Of a stretch of 46,201 nucleotides of DNA, positions 36,210 through 46,086 are shown in pieces. The stretch spans positions 1-46,201 of the forward strand of contig DASPWN010000292.1 in NCBI GenBank assembly GCA_035637835.1. Direction: 5' to 3'. Origin of the DNA: Actinomycetota bacterium. Its GTDB lineage: Bacteria > Actinomycetota > UBA4738 > HRBIN12. The notes under the pieces were generated by a model. The model was not told where the DNA came from. It made no database searches and saw only the letters and a program-made list of their open reading frames with translations. The position numbers were made by a program, and so were the translations under genes. Each line of letters starts with the position of its first letter. Positions within the stretch are counted from its first letter, which is position 1.

Positions 36210-37310
36210 ATGAAGCGCTTCCTTGTCCCCGTGATGGCCGTCGCCGTCGTGGTCGTGACGGCCTGCACACGAACCGTGATCGAGCGGGTCCCGGTCCGGA
36301 GCTCGCCGGTGACCGTCGACGTCGGGGCGGCCGATCCGTCCCTGGATCCCATCGTGCGGGTGGTCCAGGCCGTCCGCCCGGCGGTCGTCAACGTCACGAC
36401 CAACCTGTTCCAACCCAATCCCCTCGGAGGGGAGTCCGGTCGGGGCGTCGGCACCGGGTTCGTCATCCGGTCCGACGGGATCGTGGTGACCAACTTTCAT
36501 GTCGTCGAGCACGCCCAGCGGATCACGGTCATCACCCCGCCACCGGATTCCACGCGCTACACGGCGAGGGTGATCGGGGGCGACCAGAACGCCGACCTCG
36601 CCGTGCTCAAGATCCAAGCGAGTGGCCTTCACACGGTGCCGCTCGGCAACTCCGGCCGGCTCGAGCTGGGGGAGCGCGTCGTCGCGCTGGGCTACGCCCT
36701 CGCTCTGCCGGGCGGGCCAACCGTCACCTCCGGGATCGTCTCCGCGCTCGGCCGCACGATCCAGGCCCAGGACCCGAACTGCGACACGTGCAAGAACGGC
36801 ATGCGGACCTATACGGGCGTGGTTCAGACCGACGCGGCGATCAACCCGGGCAACTCTGGAGGCCCGCTCGTGAACCTGGCCGGGCAGGTGGTCGGCATCA
36901 ACACTGCCGGGGCGAACCAGGCGGAGAACATCGGTTTTGCCATCGCCACCAACGCAGCCAGGCCGATCATCGATGACGCGGCAACCAACCCCTCGGCTCC
37001 GGTCGCGTATCTCGGTGTCAGCACGCAAGACGTCAGCCCGAGCCTGGCCCTCCAGTTCGGACTGCCCGTGCAGAGCGGCGCGCTCGTGCTCGATGTCGTA
37101 CCGGGAGGGCCGGCCGACAGGGCGGGCATCACGCAGGGCGACGTGATCATCGGCCTGGACGGCAAGGACGTGACCGACTCGACCTCGCTCCGCGAGCTCC
37201 TCCTGTCACACCAGCCCGGCGAGCGTGTCGCGGTCGGGGCGGTCACCCAGGGTGGTCAGAAGAAGACGATCACCGCGACCCTCGGCGTCAACCCGCTCCC
37301 GCAGACCTGA
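36210..37310 (+). CDS. HtrA/DegP-family (S1C) serine protease with C-terminal PDZ domain
   Basis: N-terminal membrane anchor. Catalytic triad context TNFHVV, DLAVLK, GNSGGPL. PDZ-like segment GALVLDVVPGGPADRAGITQGDVIIGLDG. Confidence 0.85.
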   Translation: MKRFLVPVMAVAVVVVTACTRTVIERVPVRSSPVTVDVGAADPSLDPIVRVVQAVRPAVVNVTTNLFQPNPLGGESGRGVGTGFVIRSDGIVVTNFHVVEHAQRITVITPPPDSTRYTARVIGGDQNADLAVLKIQASGLHTVPLGNSGRLELGERVVALGYALALPGGPTVTSGIVSALGRTIQAQDPNCDTCKNGMRTYTGVVQTDAAINPGNSGGPLVNLAGQVVGINTAGANQAENIGFAIATNAARPIIDDAATNPSAPVAYLGVSTQDVSPSLALQFGLPVQSGALVLDVVPGGPADRAGITQGDVIIGLDGKDVTDSTSLRELLLSHQPGERVAVGAVTQGGQKKTITATLGVNPLPQT

Positions 37311-37334
37311 GCCGGGTGGTCATCCGCCGGGGGG

Positions 37335-37340
37335 TAAGCT
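37335..37340 (+). promoter_or_regulatory. -10-like hexamer TAAGCT 7 nt upstream of GTG 37348 (leaderless geometry)
   Basis: GGTAAGCT-CCCGGGC-GTG, with no Shine-Dalgarno sequence. Confidence 0.35.
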
Positions 37341-37347
37341 CCCGGGC

Positions 37348-38139
37348 GTGAGTGCAACGCCGTTCGAGCCGGGGGAACGGGCCTTGCTGATCGACGACCG
37401 TGGGCGGCGGTACCTGGTGCGCCTTCGCCCCGGCGAGACGTGGCATTCCCACGGGGGGGCCGTTTCCCACGACGCGATCCTGGGGTCGAACGAGGGCGCG
37501 CGCGTGCGATCGACGGGCGGGATGGCCTTCGTGTGCTTCCGGCCGCGACTGGCGGACTTCGTCCTCAAGATGCCCCGTGGCGCTCAGGTCGTCTATCCCA
37601 AGGACCTCGGTGCCATCCTCGTCGAGGCCGACATCCACCCGGGCGCCAGGGTCCTGGAGGCCGGCACCGGATCCGGCGCGTTGACCTTGGCGCTGTCCAG
37701 GTCCGTCGGACCCGACGGCCGCGTCGTGTCGTACGAGCTCCGTCCGGAGTTCCACGCCAAAGCTGTGCAGAACCTCGAGGCGTTCTTCGGGAAGCTCCCG
37801 GCGTGGGTGGACCTCCGGGAGGGAGACGTCACCGAAGTGATGGAGACGGGGGAGACCTTCGACCGGGTGGTGCTGGACATGCCGGAGCCGTGGGGCTCCC
37901 TGCCCACCGTGCTGCGGATACTGGAGCCGGGAGGCGTCCTGTGCACGTACCTCCCGACGACCGTCCAGGTCCAGACCGCCGTGCTGGCGCTCCAAGCCCA
38001 CGGGTTCGAGCAGGTGGCCACGTTCGAGGTCCTCCACCGGTCGTGGCACGTCACCGAGCGAAGCGTGCGTCCGGACCACCGCATGGTGGGCCACACGGGA
38101 TTCATCACCGTGGCACGCCGAGGCGGCGACGCGGATTGA
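37348..38139 (+). CDS. trmI: tRNA (adenine58-N1)-methyltransferase TrmI
   Basis: ORF 37225..38139 trimmed to GTG 37348. SAM motif VLEAGTGSGALT and the blocks FDRVVLDMPEPW and HTGFI. It holds the same position upstream of arc/mpa as Rv2118c does in M. tuberculosis. Confidence 0.8.
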   Translation: MSATPFEPGERALLIDDRGRRYLVRLRPGETWHSHGGAVSHDAILGSNEGARVRSTGGMAFVCFRPRLADFVLKMPRGAQVVYPKDLGAILVEADIHPGARVLEAGTGSGALTLALSRSVGPDGRVVSYELRPEFHAKAVQNLEAFFGKLPAWVDLREGDVTEVMETGETFDRVVLDMPEPWGSLPTVLRILEPGGVLCTYLPTTVQVQTAVLALQAHGFEQVATFEVLHRSWHVTERSVRPDHRMVGHTGFITVARRGGDAD

Positions 38140-38239
38140 TTGCCCGAAGGTCCTAAGGCCAACCCACCTCCGGGACGACAACGTATCAGTGGGCGTAGGA
38201 CGCCCCGGTCGGCCTCTCGGTTGACGAGGGGACGGGACG

Positions 38240-38245
38240 TATACT
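38240..38245 (+). promoter_or_regulatory. -10-like hexamer TATACT upstream of arc/mpa
   Basis: TANNNT hexamer 20 nt upstream of ATG 38266, with GGAGGTGAAGG as RBS in between. Confidence 0.4.
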
Positions 38246-38265
38246 CGCTTGCCTGGAGGTGAAGG

Positions 38266-40020
38266 ATGTCCGGGCCGTTTGATTCACGCGAAGAGCAGGA
38301 GCTCTACGAGAAGCAGGTGCACGAGCTCCAGACCCAAGTGAAGTTCTTGGAGGACGAGGTCGCGCTGCTTCGCCGCCGGCTCACGAACGCCCCTCGCCAG
38401 GTGAAGATCCTCGAGGAGAAGCTCCTCGAGACGAAGAGCGATCTCTCGCGCGCCCTGACACAGAACGAGAAGGTCACGTCCGCGCTGAAGTCCGAGCGCG
38501 ACAAGATCGAAGCCCTCCGAGAGGAGGTCGAGAAGCTCAGCCAGCCGCCGGCAACGTTCGGCGTGTACCTCGCGACGAACGAAGACGGGTCGGTCGACGT
38601 GTTCACCGCTGGTCGAAAGATGCGGGTGAACGTGACGCCGGAGTTGGATCTGGCGGGACTCACCCGGGGAGCCGAAGTCATCCTGAACGAGGCGTTGAAC
38701 GTCGTCGAGGTCCTCCATCCCGACGTCGCCGGTGAGGTCATGAAGGTCAAGGACAAGCTGGGTGATGACCGGGTCATCGTCATCGGCCACGGCGACGAGG
38801 AGCTGGTGGCCACGCTGGGGCACGCGCTCCGCGACGAACCCATCCGGGCCGGCGATCCACTGCTGATCGATCGGCGGTCCAACGTGGCCCTGGAGCGGCT
38901 GCCGAAGGAGGAGGTCGAGGAGCTCGTCCTGGAGGAGATCCCCGACGTCTCCTACGAGGACATCGGCGGGCTGGAGACCCAGATCGAGGCCATCCGCGAC
39001 GCCGTCGAGCTTCCGTTCCTGTACTCGGAGCTGTTCAAGGAGCACCAGCTGGAGCCGCCGAAGGGCGTGCTCCTGTACGGCCCACCGGGATGTGGGAAGA
39101 CCCTGATCGCCAAGGCCGTGGCCAAGTCGCTCGCCGACAAGGTCAGGGAGCGAACCGGCCGGCCCGACGTCCACTCGTACTTCCTGAACATCAAGGGCCC
39201 GGAGCTGCTGAACAAGTACGTCGGGGAGACCGAGCGCCAGATCCGTCAGATCTTCCAGCGAGCCAAGGAGCGGAGCGAGGAGGGCCTGCCGGTCATCGTG
39301 TTCTTCGACGAGATGGACTCGATCTTCCGGACCCGCGGGTCCGGCATCTCATCCGACGTGGAGAGCACGATCGTGCCGCAGCTCCTCTCGGAGCTGGATG
39401 GCGTCGAGACCCTGAAGAACGTGATCGTGATCGGGGCCTCCAACCGCGAGGACCTCATCGACCCGGCGATCCTGCGCCCCGGCCGCCTGGACGTGAAGAT
39501 CAAGATCGAGCGGCCGAGCGCCGCGCAGGCCAGTGACATCATGTCCAAGTACCTGACCGGCGCCGTGCCCATCCATCCCGAGGAGGTCGGCCGCGCCGGC
39601 GGCAACGCCGCCGCGGCCGTCCGCCGGATGGTCCAGGTCACGGTGGACCGCATGTATGCCTCCTCCGACGACAACCGGTTCCTGGAGGTCACGTACGCCT
39701 CCGGGGACAAGGAGGTCCTGTACTTCAAGGACTTCAACTCGGGCGCGATGATCGAGAACATCGTCCGCCGATCGAAGAAGGAGGCCATCAAGCGGTTCTT
39801 GTCCACCGGCGAGAAGGGCATCAGGACCGAGGACCTGCTGAACGCCATCCGCGACGAGTTCAAGGAGAACGAGGACCTCCCGAACACCACGAATCCCGAC
39901 GACTGGGCTCGGATCTCCGGCAAGAAGGGTGAGCGGATCGTCTACGTCCGCACCCTGCTCGGCGATGGTGGCGCGGAGGGCCGACAGGTCGAGCGCGTGG
40001 CCGCGGGCCAATACCTGTAA
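38266..40020 (+). CDS. arc: proteasome-associated AAA ATPase ARC/Mpa
   Basis: 584 aa. N-terminal coiled coil, OB-type interdomains, AAA module ([17 protein letters not shown]), and the C-terminal GQYL proteasome-docking motif. Confidence 0.95.
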   Translation: MSGPFDSREEQELYEKQVHELQTQVKFLEDEVALLRRRLTNAPRQVKILEEKLLETKSDLSRALTQNEKVTSALKSERDKIEALREEVEKLSQPPATFGVYLATNEDGSVDVFTAGRKMRVNVTPELDLAGLTRGAEVILNEALNVVEVLHPDVAGEVMKVKDKLGDDRVIVIGHGDEELVATLGHALRDEPIRAGDPLLIDRRSNVALERLPKEEVEELVLEEIPDVSYEDIGGLETQIEAIRDAVELPFLYSELFKEHQLEPPKGVLLYGPPGCGKTLIAKAVAKSLADKVRERTGRPDVHSYFLNIKGPELLNKYVGETERQIRQIFQRAKERSEEGLPVIVFFDEMDSIFRTRGSGISSDVESTIVPQLLSELDGVETLKNVIVIGASNREDLIDPAILRPGRLDVKIKIERPSAAQASDIMSKYLTGAVPIHPEEVGRAGGNAAAAVRRMVQVTVDRMYASSDDNRFLEVTYASGDKEVLYFKDFNSGAMIENIVRRSKKEAIKRFLSTGEKGIRTEDLLNAIRDEFKENEDLPNTTNPDDWARISGKKGERIVYVRTLLGDGGAEGRQVERVAAGQYL

Positions 40021-40029
40021 GCTCACCGG

Positions 40030-41514
40030 ATGGCCATCCCCAAGGTCATCGGCACGGAGACCGAGTACGGCATCTCCGCGGTCGGTGCCCCCGATTTCAA
40101 CCCGGTCCTGTCGTCATCGCTCCTCATCAGCACGTATGCCGGCGCACTGCGCCGCATCCGGTGGGACTACGAGCAGGAGTCACCGCTCCGCGACGCCCGC
40201 GGCTTCGAGCCGGTGCAGGTCCGGGAGCCCGCGGAGGAGGACCTCGGCCTGGCCAACGTGATCCTGCCGAACGGCGCCAGGTACTACGTGGACCACGCGC
40301 ACCCTGAGTACTCCACGCCGGAGTGTGCCAGCCCGCGGCAGCTGGTCGTCCACGACAAGGCGGGGGAGCGCGTGCTCGAGCGGTCCCTGATCGAGCTCCA
40401 CCACGTCCTTCCACCGGGCCAGCGCATCGCGATCTACAAGAACAACAGCGACGGCAAGGGGAACTCCTACGGCACTCACGAGAACTTCCTGGTCGACCGG
40501 GCCACGCCGTTCGGCATCATCGTGCGGGACCTGACCCCGTTCCTGGTCTCCCGGCAGATCTACACGGGGGCCGGCAAGCTGGGGGCCGAGGCACCGTGGG
40601 ACGACCGGGACCGCCATCGCTACCAGATCAGCCAGCGGGCGGACTTCTTCGAGGCCGAGGTAGGCCTGGAGACCACGCTCAAGCGGCCCATCATCAACAC
40701 CCGCGACGAGCCGCACGCCGATCCCGACAAGTACCGGCGGCTCCACGTGATCGTCGGCGACGCCAACATGAGCGAGGTGGCCACCTACCTGAAGCTCGGG
40801 ACCACCTCGATCGTCCTGAAGATGATCGAGGACGAGTATCTGCCCGATCTCACGATGGCCAATCCCGTGGCCGCGCTCCACGAGGTTTCCCGCGACCTCT
40901 CGTGCACCGCGCAACTGCACCTGGCCGATGGCCGGCGGATGAAGGCCGTGGAGATCCAGTGGGAGTACTTGGAACGGGCCCGCAAGTACGTCGAGCAGGA
41001 GGACGACACGCCGGACAATCGCGACGTCCTCCAGCGATGGGAGAACGTCCTGTCGGCCCTGGAGAGCGACCCCCTGTCGCTCCAGCGCGAGCTGGACTGG
41101 GTGGCGAAGTACCGGCTCCTGGAGGGCTACCGGGAGCGAGACGGCCTGGCCTGGTCCGACCCCAAGCTGCGGCTGATCGACCTGCAGTACCACGACGTCC
41201 GGACCGACAAGGGCCTGTACCACCGGATGGCCGCAACCGGCAAGGTGGACCGCCTGGTGAGCGACCGGGAGATCGAGCGGGCCGTCATGGAGCCCCCGGA
41301 GGACACCCGCGCGTACTTCCGAGGCCGGTGCATCGCCCGGTACCCCGACGCGATCGCCGCGGCCTCGTGGGACTCGATGATCTTCGACACGGGCAAGGAG
41401 GCCCTCCAGCGCATCCCCATGCGCGAGCCCCTGCGCGGCACGCGCGAGCACGTGGCCGGCTTGCTCGATCGGGCCCCCGACGCGGCGAGCCTGGTCGATC
41501 TGCTCCAGTCCTAG
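40030..41514 (+). CDS. dop: Pup deamidase/depupylase Dop
   Basis: 494 aa. N-terminus VIGTETEYGI, and the Dop-specific insertion (RWDYEQESPLRDARGFEP) that PafA lacks. Positioned directly upstream of pup. Confidence 0.9.
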   Translation: MAIPKVIGTETEYGISAVGAPDFNPVLSSSLLISTYAGALRRIRWDYEQESPLRDARGFEPVQVREPAEEDLGLANVILPNGARYYVDHAHPEYSTPECASPRQLVVHDKAGERVLERSLIELHHVLPPGQRIAIYKNNSDGKGNSYGTHENFLVDRATPFGIIVRDLTPFLVSRQIYTGAGKLGAEAPWDDRDRHRYQISQRADFFEAEVGLETTLKRPIINTRDEPHADPDKYRRLHVIVGDANMSEVATYLKLGTTSIVLKMIEDEYLPDLTMANPVAALHEVSRDLSCTAQLHLADGRRMKAVEIQWEYLERARKYVEQEDDTPDNRDVLQRWENVLSALESDPLSLQRELDWVAKYRLLEGYRERDGLAWSDPKLRLIDLQYHDVRTDKGLYHRMAATGKVDRLVSDREIERAVMEPPEDTRAYFRGRCIARYPDAIAAASWDSMIFDTGKEALQRIPMREPLRGTREHVAGLLDRAPDAASLVDLLQS

Positions 41515-41561
41515 CCTCTGAGATCGCCGCCCGTCCTTCCTTCCACGCCGGGACCCGCCGG

Positions 41562-41567
41562 TAGAAT
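41562..41567 (+). promoter_or_regulatory. -10 hexamer TAGAAT upstream of pup
   Basis: Near-consensus TAGAAT in the dop-pup spacer, 33-42 nt upstream of the candidate pup starts. Confidence 0.45.
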
Positions 41568-41600
41568 GGCGGAGCCGGCCCCAACCGGACCCGAGGGGGA

Positions 41601-41816
41601 ATGCGAGCCGTGCCGCAGGAGCAGGAGCAGAAGAGGACCCAGCGAAAGGGCGGAGACGAGGGTGGCGGGGAGGGCGACGCCGGCCAGGTGCAGTCCGCCT
41701 CCAAGGCCGAGGAGCTCAAAGAAGAGATGGACGAGATCCTCGACGAGATCGACTCGGTCCTCGAGGAGAACGCTGAGGAGTTCATCAAGAGCTACGTCCA
41801 GAAGGGCGGGGAATGA
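41601..41816 (+). CDS. pup: prokaryotic ubiquitin-like protein Pup, C-terminal GGE form
   Basis: Acidic 68-71 aa protein. Helix-forming region LKEEMDEILDEIDSVLEENAEEFIKSYVQKGGE. Alternative start GTG 41610 (VPQEQEQK...) has better spacing from GAGGGGGA than ATG 41601. Confidence 0.9.
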   Translation: MRAVPQEQEQKRTQRKGGDEGGGEGDAGQVQSASKAEELKEEMDEILDEIDSVLEENAEEFIKSYVQKGGE

Positions 41817-42619
41817 CGGACGACCCCGCCGGCTTCCCGCTCGGTGCGGGAGGCCCCATTGGCGCGAACCCCAGCTTCTTCGACCTGGTCTCGAGAAACC
41901 GTCCTGAGGCCGTCAACCGCCTCACCGCACCGCACGGCGGCGTGGACGTCCCCCACCCCCACGGCACCACCGTCCTAGGCCTGAAGTACGAGGGCGGGGT
42001 GGTGTTCGCTGGCGACACGCGGGCGACGGAGGGCTTCTCCATCGCCGACGACAAGATGGAGAAGGTCTTCGCCGCCGACGACTACTCGGCCATCGCCATC
42101 GCCGGCGCGGCCGGGCAGGCCATCGAGATCGTCAAGCTCTTCCAGCTCGAGCTGGAGCACTACGAGAAGATCACCGGCGACCGTCTGTCGCTCGAGGGCA
42201 AGGCCAACCGCCTGGCCCAGATGATCCGGGGCAACTTCCCCCTGGCCCTCCAGGGCCTGGTCGTGGTGCCGCTGTTCGGCGGGTTCGACGAGCATCGGAA
42301 CGAGGGCCGGATCTTCTACTACGACGCCACCGGCGGCCGGTGGGAAGAAGACGACTACCGGGCCACCGGGTCCGGCGAACGTCCGGCCAAGGGCTCGCTC
42401 AAGAAGCGGTGGCGGCCTGGGCTGGCCCGGGACGAGGCCATCCGGGTTGCCGTGGAGGCCCTGGTCGACGCGGCCGAGGAGGACGCGGCGACCGGCGGGC
42501 CCGATCCGGCGCGGGGCATCTTCCCGACCATCCTGGTCGTGGCGGCGGAAGGTGTCTCCTCGGTTCCGGACGACGAGGTTCGCTCGGCCTACGAAGCGGT
42601 GGTGGGGGCCAGGTCCTGA
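41813..42619 (+). CDS. prcB: 20S proteasome beta subunit PrcB
   Basis: ATGA overlap with pup. 51-aa propeptide ending HPHG, then catalytic Thr at TTVLGLKYEGGVVFAGDTRAT (Thr codon 41966-41968). Confidence 0.95.
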   Translation: MTDDPAGFPLGAGGPIGANPSFFDLVSRNRPEAVNRLTAPHGGVDVPHPHGTTVLGLKYEGGVVFAGDTRATEGFSIADDKMEKVFAADDYSAIAIAGAAGQAIEIVKLFQLELEHYEKITGDRLSLEGKANRLAQMIRGNFPLALQGLVVVPLFGGFDEHRNEGRIFYYDATGGRWEEDDYRATGSGERPAKGSLKKRWRPGLARDEAIRVAVEALVDAAEEDAATGGPDPARGIFPTILVVAAEGVSSVPDDEVRSAYEAVVGARS

Positions 42620-43305
42620 TGGCGTTCATGCCGTACGTTCCTCCCGAGCAGCTCATGAAGGACCGCTCGGACTTCGCCCACAAGGGCATCGCCCGGGGCA
42701 AGTCGGTGGTGGGCCTCGAGTACGCGGACGGGGTCCTGTTCATCGCGGAGAACCCAAGCTCCACGCTGCACAAGATCTCGGAGATCTACGACCGGATCGC
42801 CTTCGCCGGGGTGGGGAAGTACAGCGAGTTCGAGGACCTCCGGATCGCGGGGGTGCGCCTGGCCGATCTCCGGGGCTACTCGTACGGGCGGGAGGACGTC
42901 CGGGCCCGGGATATCGCGAACGGGTATTCCCAGGCCCTGTCCACCATCTTCACCCAGCAGATGAAGCCGTACGAGGTGGAGATCCTGGTGGCGGAGGTGG
43001 CAAGCGACTACGGACGGAACGAGATCTACCACATCCTGTTCGACGGGACGGTCACCGACGAGCATGGGTTCGTCGGGATCGGGGGCCACGCCGAGACCCT
43101 GACCGAGGCGCTGAAGGGGACGTTTCAGGAGGCGTGGGACCTGGCCACTGCCGTGAAGGAAGCCGTGAAGGCGCTCTCCAGCGCGGAGGGCCGCGAGATC
43201 GAGCCCGCGTCGATCGAGGCGGGTGTCCTGGACCGGACCCGGCCCCAGCGCAGGAAGTTCCGCCGCCTCTCCGACGTCGAGGTGGCGCGGATCCTGTCCA
43301 GTTAG
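42619..43305 (+). CDS. prcA: 20S proteasome alpha subunit PrcA
   Basis: ORF 42340..43305 trimmed to ATG 42619 (TGATG, 1-nt overlap with the prcB stop). MAFMPYVPPEQLMKDRSDFAHKGIARGKSVV is the typical PrcA N-terminus. Confidence 0.9.
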   Translation: MAFMPYVPPEQLMKDRSDFAHKGIARGKSVVGLEYADGVLFIAENPSSTLHKISEIYDRIAFAGVGKYSEFEDLRIAGVRLADLRGYSYGREDVRARDIANGYSQALSTIFTQQMKPYEVEILVAEVASDYGRNEIYHILFDGTVTDEHGFVGIGGHAETLTEALKGTFQEAWDLATAVKEAVKALSSAEGREIEPASIEAGVLDRTRPQRRKFRRLSDVEVARILSS

Positions 43306-43335
43306 GCGCATCCTCGCGTTTCGTCCGGCACGACC

Positions 43336-43341
43336 TACACT
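43336..43341 (+). promoter_or_regulatory. -10-like hexamer TACACT exactly 6 nt upstream of the pafA GTG (leaderless geometry)
   Basis: CCTACACT-CATCGC-GTG, with no Shine-Dalgarno sequence. Confidence 0.4.
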
Positions 43342-43347
43342 CATCGC

Positions 43348-44706
43348 GTGGACCGGCGGATCTTCGGCCTGGAGAACGAGTACGGCGTGACCTGCACGTT
43401 CCGGGGCCAGCGGCGCCTTTCACCCGACGAGGTGGCCCGGTACCTGTTCCGCCGGGTGGTGCATTGGGGCCGGTCGTCGAACGTGTTCCTGGAGAACGGC
43501 GCCCGGTTGTACCTCGACGTCGGCTCCCACCCCGAGTACGCCACGCCCGAGTGTGACGCCATCGCCGACCTCGTGGCCCACGACAAGGCGGGGGAGCGGA
43601 TCCTGGAAGCGCTGCTCGCCGCGGCCGAGGTGCGTCTGCACGAGGAGGGCATCTCCGGCCAGGTCTACCTGTTCAAGAACAACACCGACTCGGCGGGGAA
43701 CTCCTACGGCTGCCACGAGAACTACCTGGTGGCCCGGCAGGGCGAATTCGCCAGGATGGCCGACATCCTGATCCCGTTCTTCGTCACACGGCAGATCTAC
43801 TGCGGGGCTGGGAAAGTGCTCCACGGGCCCCGGGGGGCGCAGTTCTGCATCGCCCAGCGGGCCGAGCACATCTGGGAGGGCGTGTCGTCGGCCACGACGA
43901 GGTCGCGCCCCATCATCAACACCCGGGACGAGCCCCATGCCGACGCCGAACGGTTCCGTCGCCTCCACGTGATCGTGGGGGACTCGAACATGAACGAGTG
44001 GACCACGTTCCTGAAGGTGGGCATCACCGACCTGGTGTTGCGGATGGTCGAGGCCAACACGGTGATGCGCGACCTCACCCTCGAGAACCCCATCCGAGCC
44101 ATCCGAGAGATCTCCCACGACATCGCGGGCAAGAAGCGGGTGCGGCTGGCCAATGGCCGGGAGCTCACCGCCATCGAGATCCAAGACGAGTACTACGAGC
44201 GGACGGCGAAGTTCGTGGAGCGCCGTGGGGGCGATCCCCAGACCAAGCAGCTGCTGCTGGAGTGGCGGGATGCCCTGGACGCGCTGGCCTCCGGGGAGCC
44301 AGAGATCCTGGCCCGGAAGGTTGACTGGGTGGCCAAGATGCTGATGATCGACCGGTACAGGGGCAAGCACCAGCTCCCGCTGTCATCCCCGAAGGTGGCG
44401 CTGCTCGACCTGGCGTACCACGACGTCAACCGGAGCCGTGGGCTGTACTACCTGATGGAGCGGTCCGGGAAAGCTGACCGGATGGTCAGCGAGAAGGACA
44501 TCTCCCGGGCCATGCGCGAGCCGCCCCAGACCACCCGCGCCAAGCTCCGCGGCGACTTCATCAAGCACGCGAAGCAGAAGCGGCGGGACTACACGGTTGA
44601 CTGGGTTCACCTGAAGCTCAACGATCAGGCTCAGCGCACCGTGCTGTGCAAGGATCCGTTCCGTTCGGTGGACGACCGGGTGGAGCAACTCATCGCCCAC
44701 ATGTGA
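43348..44706 (+). CDS. pafA: Pup--protein ligase PafA
   Basis: 452 aa. [11 protein letters not shown]-terminus. Homologous to Dop throughout but without the Dop loop. Confidence 0.9.
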   Translation: MDRRIFGLENEYGVTCTFRGQRRLSPDEVARYLFRRVVHWGRSSNVFLENGARLYLDVGSHPEYATPECDAIADLVAHDKAGERILEALLAAAEVRLHEEGISGQVYLFKNNTDSAGNSYGCHENYLVARQGEFARMADILIPFFVTRQIYCGAGKVLHGPRGAQFCIAQRAEHIWEGVSSATTRSRPIINTRDEPHADAERFRRLHVIVGDSNMNEWTTFLKVGITDLVLRMVEANTVMRDLTLENPIRAIREISHDIAGKKRVRLANGRELTAIEIQDEYYERTAKFVERRGGDPQTKQLLLEWRDALDALASGEPEILARKVDWVAKMLMIDRYRGKHQLPLSSPKVALLDLAYHDVNRSRGLYYLMERSGKADRMVSEKDISRAMREPPQTTRAKLRGDFIKHAKQKRRDYTVDWVHLKLNDQAQRTVLCKDPFRSVDDRVEQLIAHM

Positions 44707-44810
44707 GGGTCCTGGGAGCCACCTGAGCGTTCGCGTAGCGTCGCCCCCGGACACATCCGTCACTCGCTCGCTCCCGTAGTACCTCTAGTCGATCCGAAAG
44801 GAGCTGCGAG

Positions 44811-44948
44811 ATGGCCGACAAGACGACGGGCTATGGGAGAAAGTGGAAGAAGTGGCTTGCGATCTACGCGGCCGTGGGCGTGATCGCGTACCTGATCATC
44901 TACCTCGTGTTCTTCTACCACAGCGGATCCGGCGGAGGCCTGTACTAG
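44811..44948 (+). CDS. unlisted 45-codon small membrane protein ORF
   Basis: Not in the ORF track (below its size cut-off). AAGGAG lies 7 nt before ATG 44811. Product MADKTTGYGRKWKKWLAIYAAVGVIAYLIIYLVFFYHSGSGGGLY has a basic N-terminus, one TM helix and a Gly-rich tail. About 40 of 45 codons end in G/C, consistent with coding. Confidence 0.5.
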   Translation: MADKTTGYGRKWKKWLAIYAAVGVIAYLIIYLVFFYHSGSGGGLY

Positions 44949-46063
44949 GGCTCCGGCATGGTGGCTCGCCATCGGCGAGACGAGGCGGCAAGGCGGCCGG
45001 CGAGGACGCCGGCCGCGCCGGCCGCCAGGAAGAAGGCGGGGTCGTCCTTCGGGGTTCGGCCCATCGACTCGATCGCGAAGCCCAGCTCCTCCAGCATGTC
45101 GACGGCCGGGCGGCCGTCGACCTCGACCAGCTGGTGCCTTTCCTCGAGCTTCCGAGACCGGAGCGCCTCCCACACTGCGTCGCGCTCGCGCGCGTCCTCC
45201 AGGACCGGGACCGCCACGTTGGCCCTGGCCCTGCAGACCTTCTCCAGGATTGTCAGCGAATGGTGCGACACGACGCGGTGGCGCGGGCGTGCGTCGGCGA
45301 AGGACATGCGGAGCGCGGCCACCGGCACGCCGTCGAGCGCTTCGGCGGCGTGAAGCGCGTTCCCGCTCGTCAGCGCGCTGACGCCCCAGGTGGTGTCGGT
45401 CCCCAGGTTCCCCGGCCCGTCGGCCACCACCACCACGTCCGCCTCCAGCACCTCCGCGGCGGCCAGGAGCCCGGTCCAGATCGTGACCGCTTCCAGCTCG
45501 CCCCCAAAGGCCTGTCCACAGGTGATGAAGCCATCGAGCAACCCGGCGTCGCGCAACCTCGGCACGAGCCGGGACAGCGACCCGGGAAGCGCCGCCCCGT
45601 CCGTCATGACGTACGCGACGCGTGCAACACCGGATGCCTTCACCCCCGCGGCGATCGGCCCGATCATCGAGTGCAACGGCGCGGCCACGACCGGCGTTCC
45701 CCGAAGGCCCCGCGAGCCCTCCAGCAGATCGCGATGGCTCTCCTCGACCGACCGAACGATTACTTGCTGTGGCGTGTACCGGGCCTTCATCACCCGGCCC
45801 CTGTGGGCGAGCTCGGTGGCACGGTCGCCCTCCACGGCGATCACCAGGTGGAACCCTCCGGTCCCCAGGCCCAGCGCCACGGCCGTCGTGTTGAGCAGCA
45901 CGACGTCTCCCTCGCGGACCGGTCCCGTGAGGTCGGGGTAGGCCAGCGCCGGGGCCCGCTCACCCTCCACCTCCACCTCCAGCTCGATCGCCCCCGGGCG
46001 TGACGCGCCGACCGACACGACCGTGCCGCGACGCAGCCTGATGCCGGCCCGTTCACCACTCAT
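44945..46063 (-). CDS. DUF3866-like protein of unknown function
   Basis: ORF 44945..46084. Likely start ATG 46063 (MSGERAGIRLRRGTVVSV...). Blocks ALAYPDLTGPV.EGDVVLLNTTAV.LGLGTGGFH and ARYTPQQ match my memory of the DUF3866 family. No enzymatic motif recognised. Confidence 0.5.
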   Translation of the reverse strand: MSGERAGIRLRRGTVVSVGASRPGAIELEVEVEGERAPALAYPDLTGPVREGDVVLLNTTAVALGLGTGGFHLVIAVEGDRATELAHRGRVMKARYTPQQVIVRSVEESHRDLLEGSRGLRGTPVVAAPLHSMIGPIAAGVKASGVARVAYVMTDGAALPGSLSRLVPRLRDAGLLDGFITCGQAFGGELEAVTIWTGLLAAAEVLEADVVVVADGPGNLGTDTTWGVSALTSGNALHAAEALDGVPVAALRMSFADARPRHRVVSHHSLTILEKVCRARANVAVPVLEDARERDAVWEALRSRKLEERHQLVEVDGRPAVDMLEELGFAIESMGRTPKDDPAFFLAAGAAGVLAGRLAASSRRWRATMPEP

Positions 46064-46086
46064 GGCCCGAGTATCATGCCGCACCG

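Noticed and set aside
38221-38245. TTGACG as a -35 element for the arc/mpa promoter
   Set aside because: It is only 13 nt from the TATACT -10 hexamer, too short for a sigma-70-type spacer. Only the -10 is reported.
41566-41907. 113-aa ORF overlapping pup in another frame
   Set aside because: The pup frame gives the unmistakable Pup C-terminal helix and GGE end and is coupled to prcB. The alternative frame is Arg/Ser/Pro-rich.
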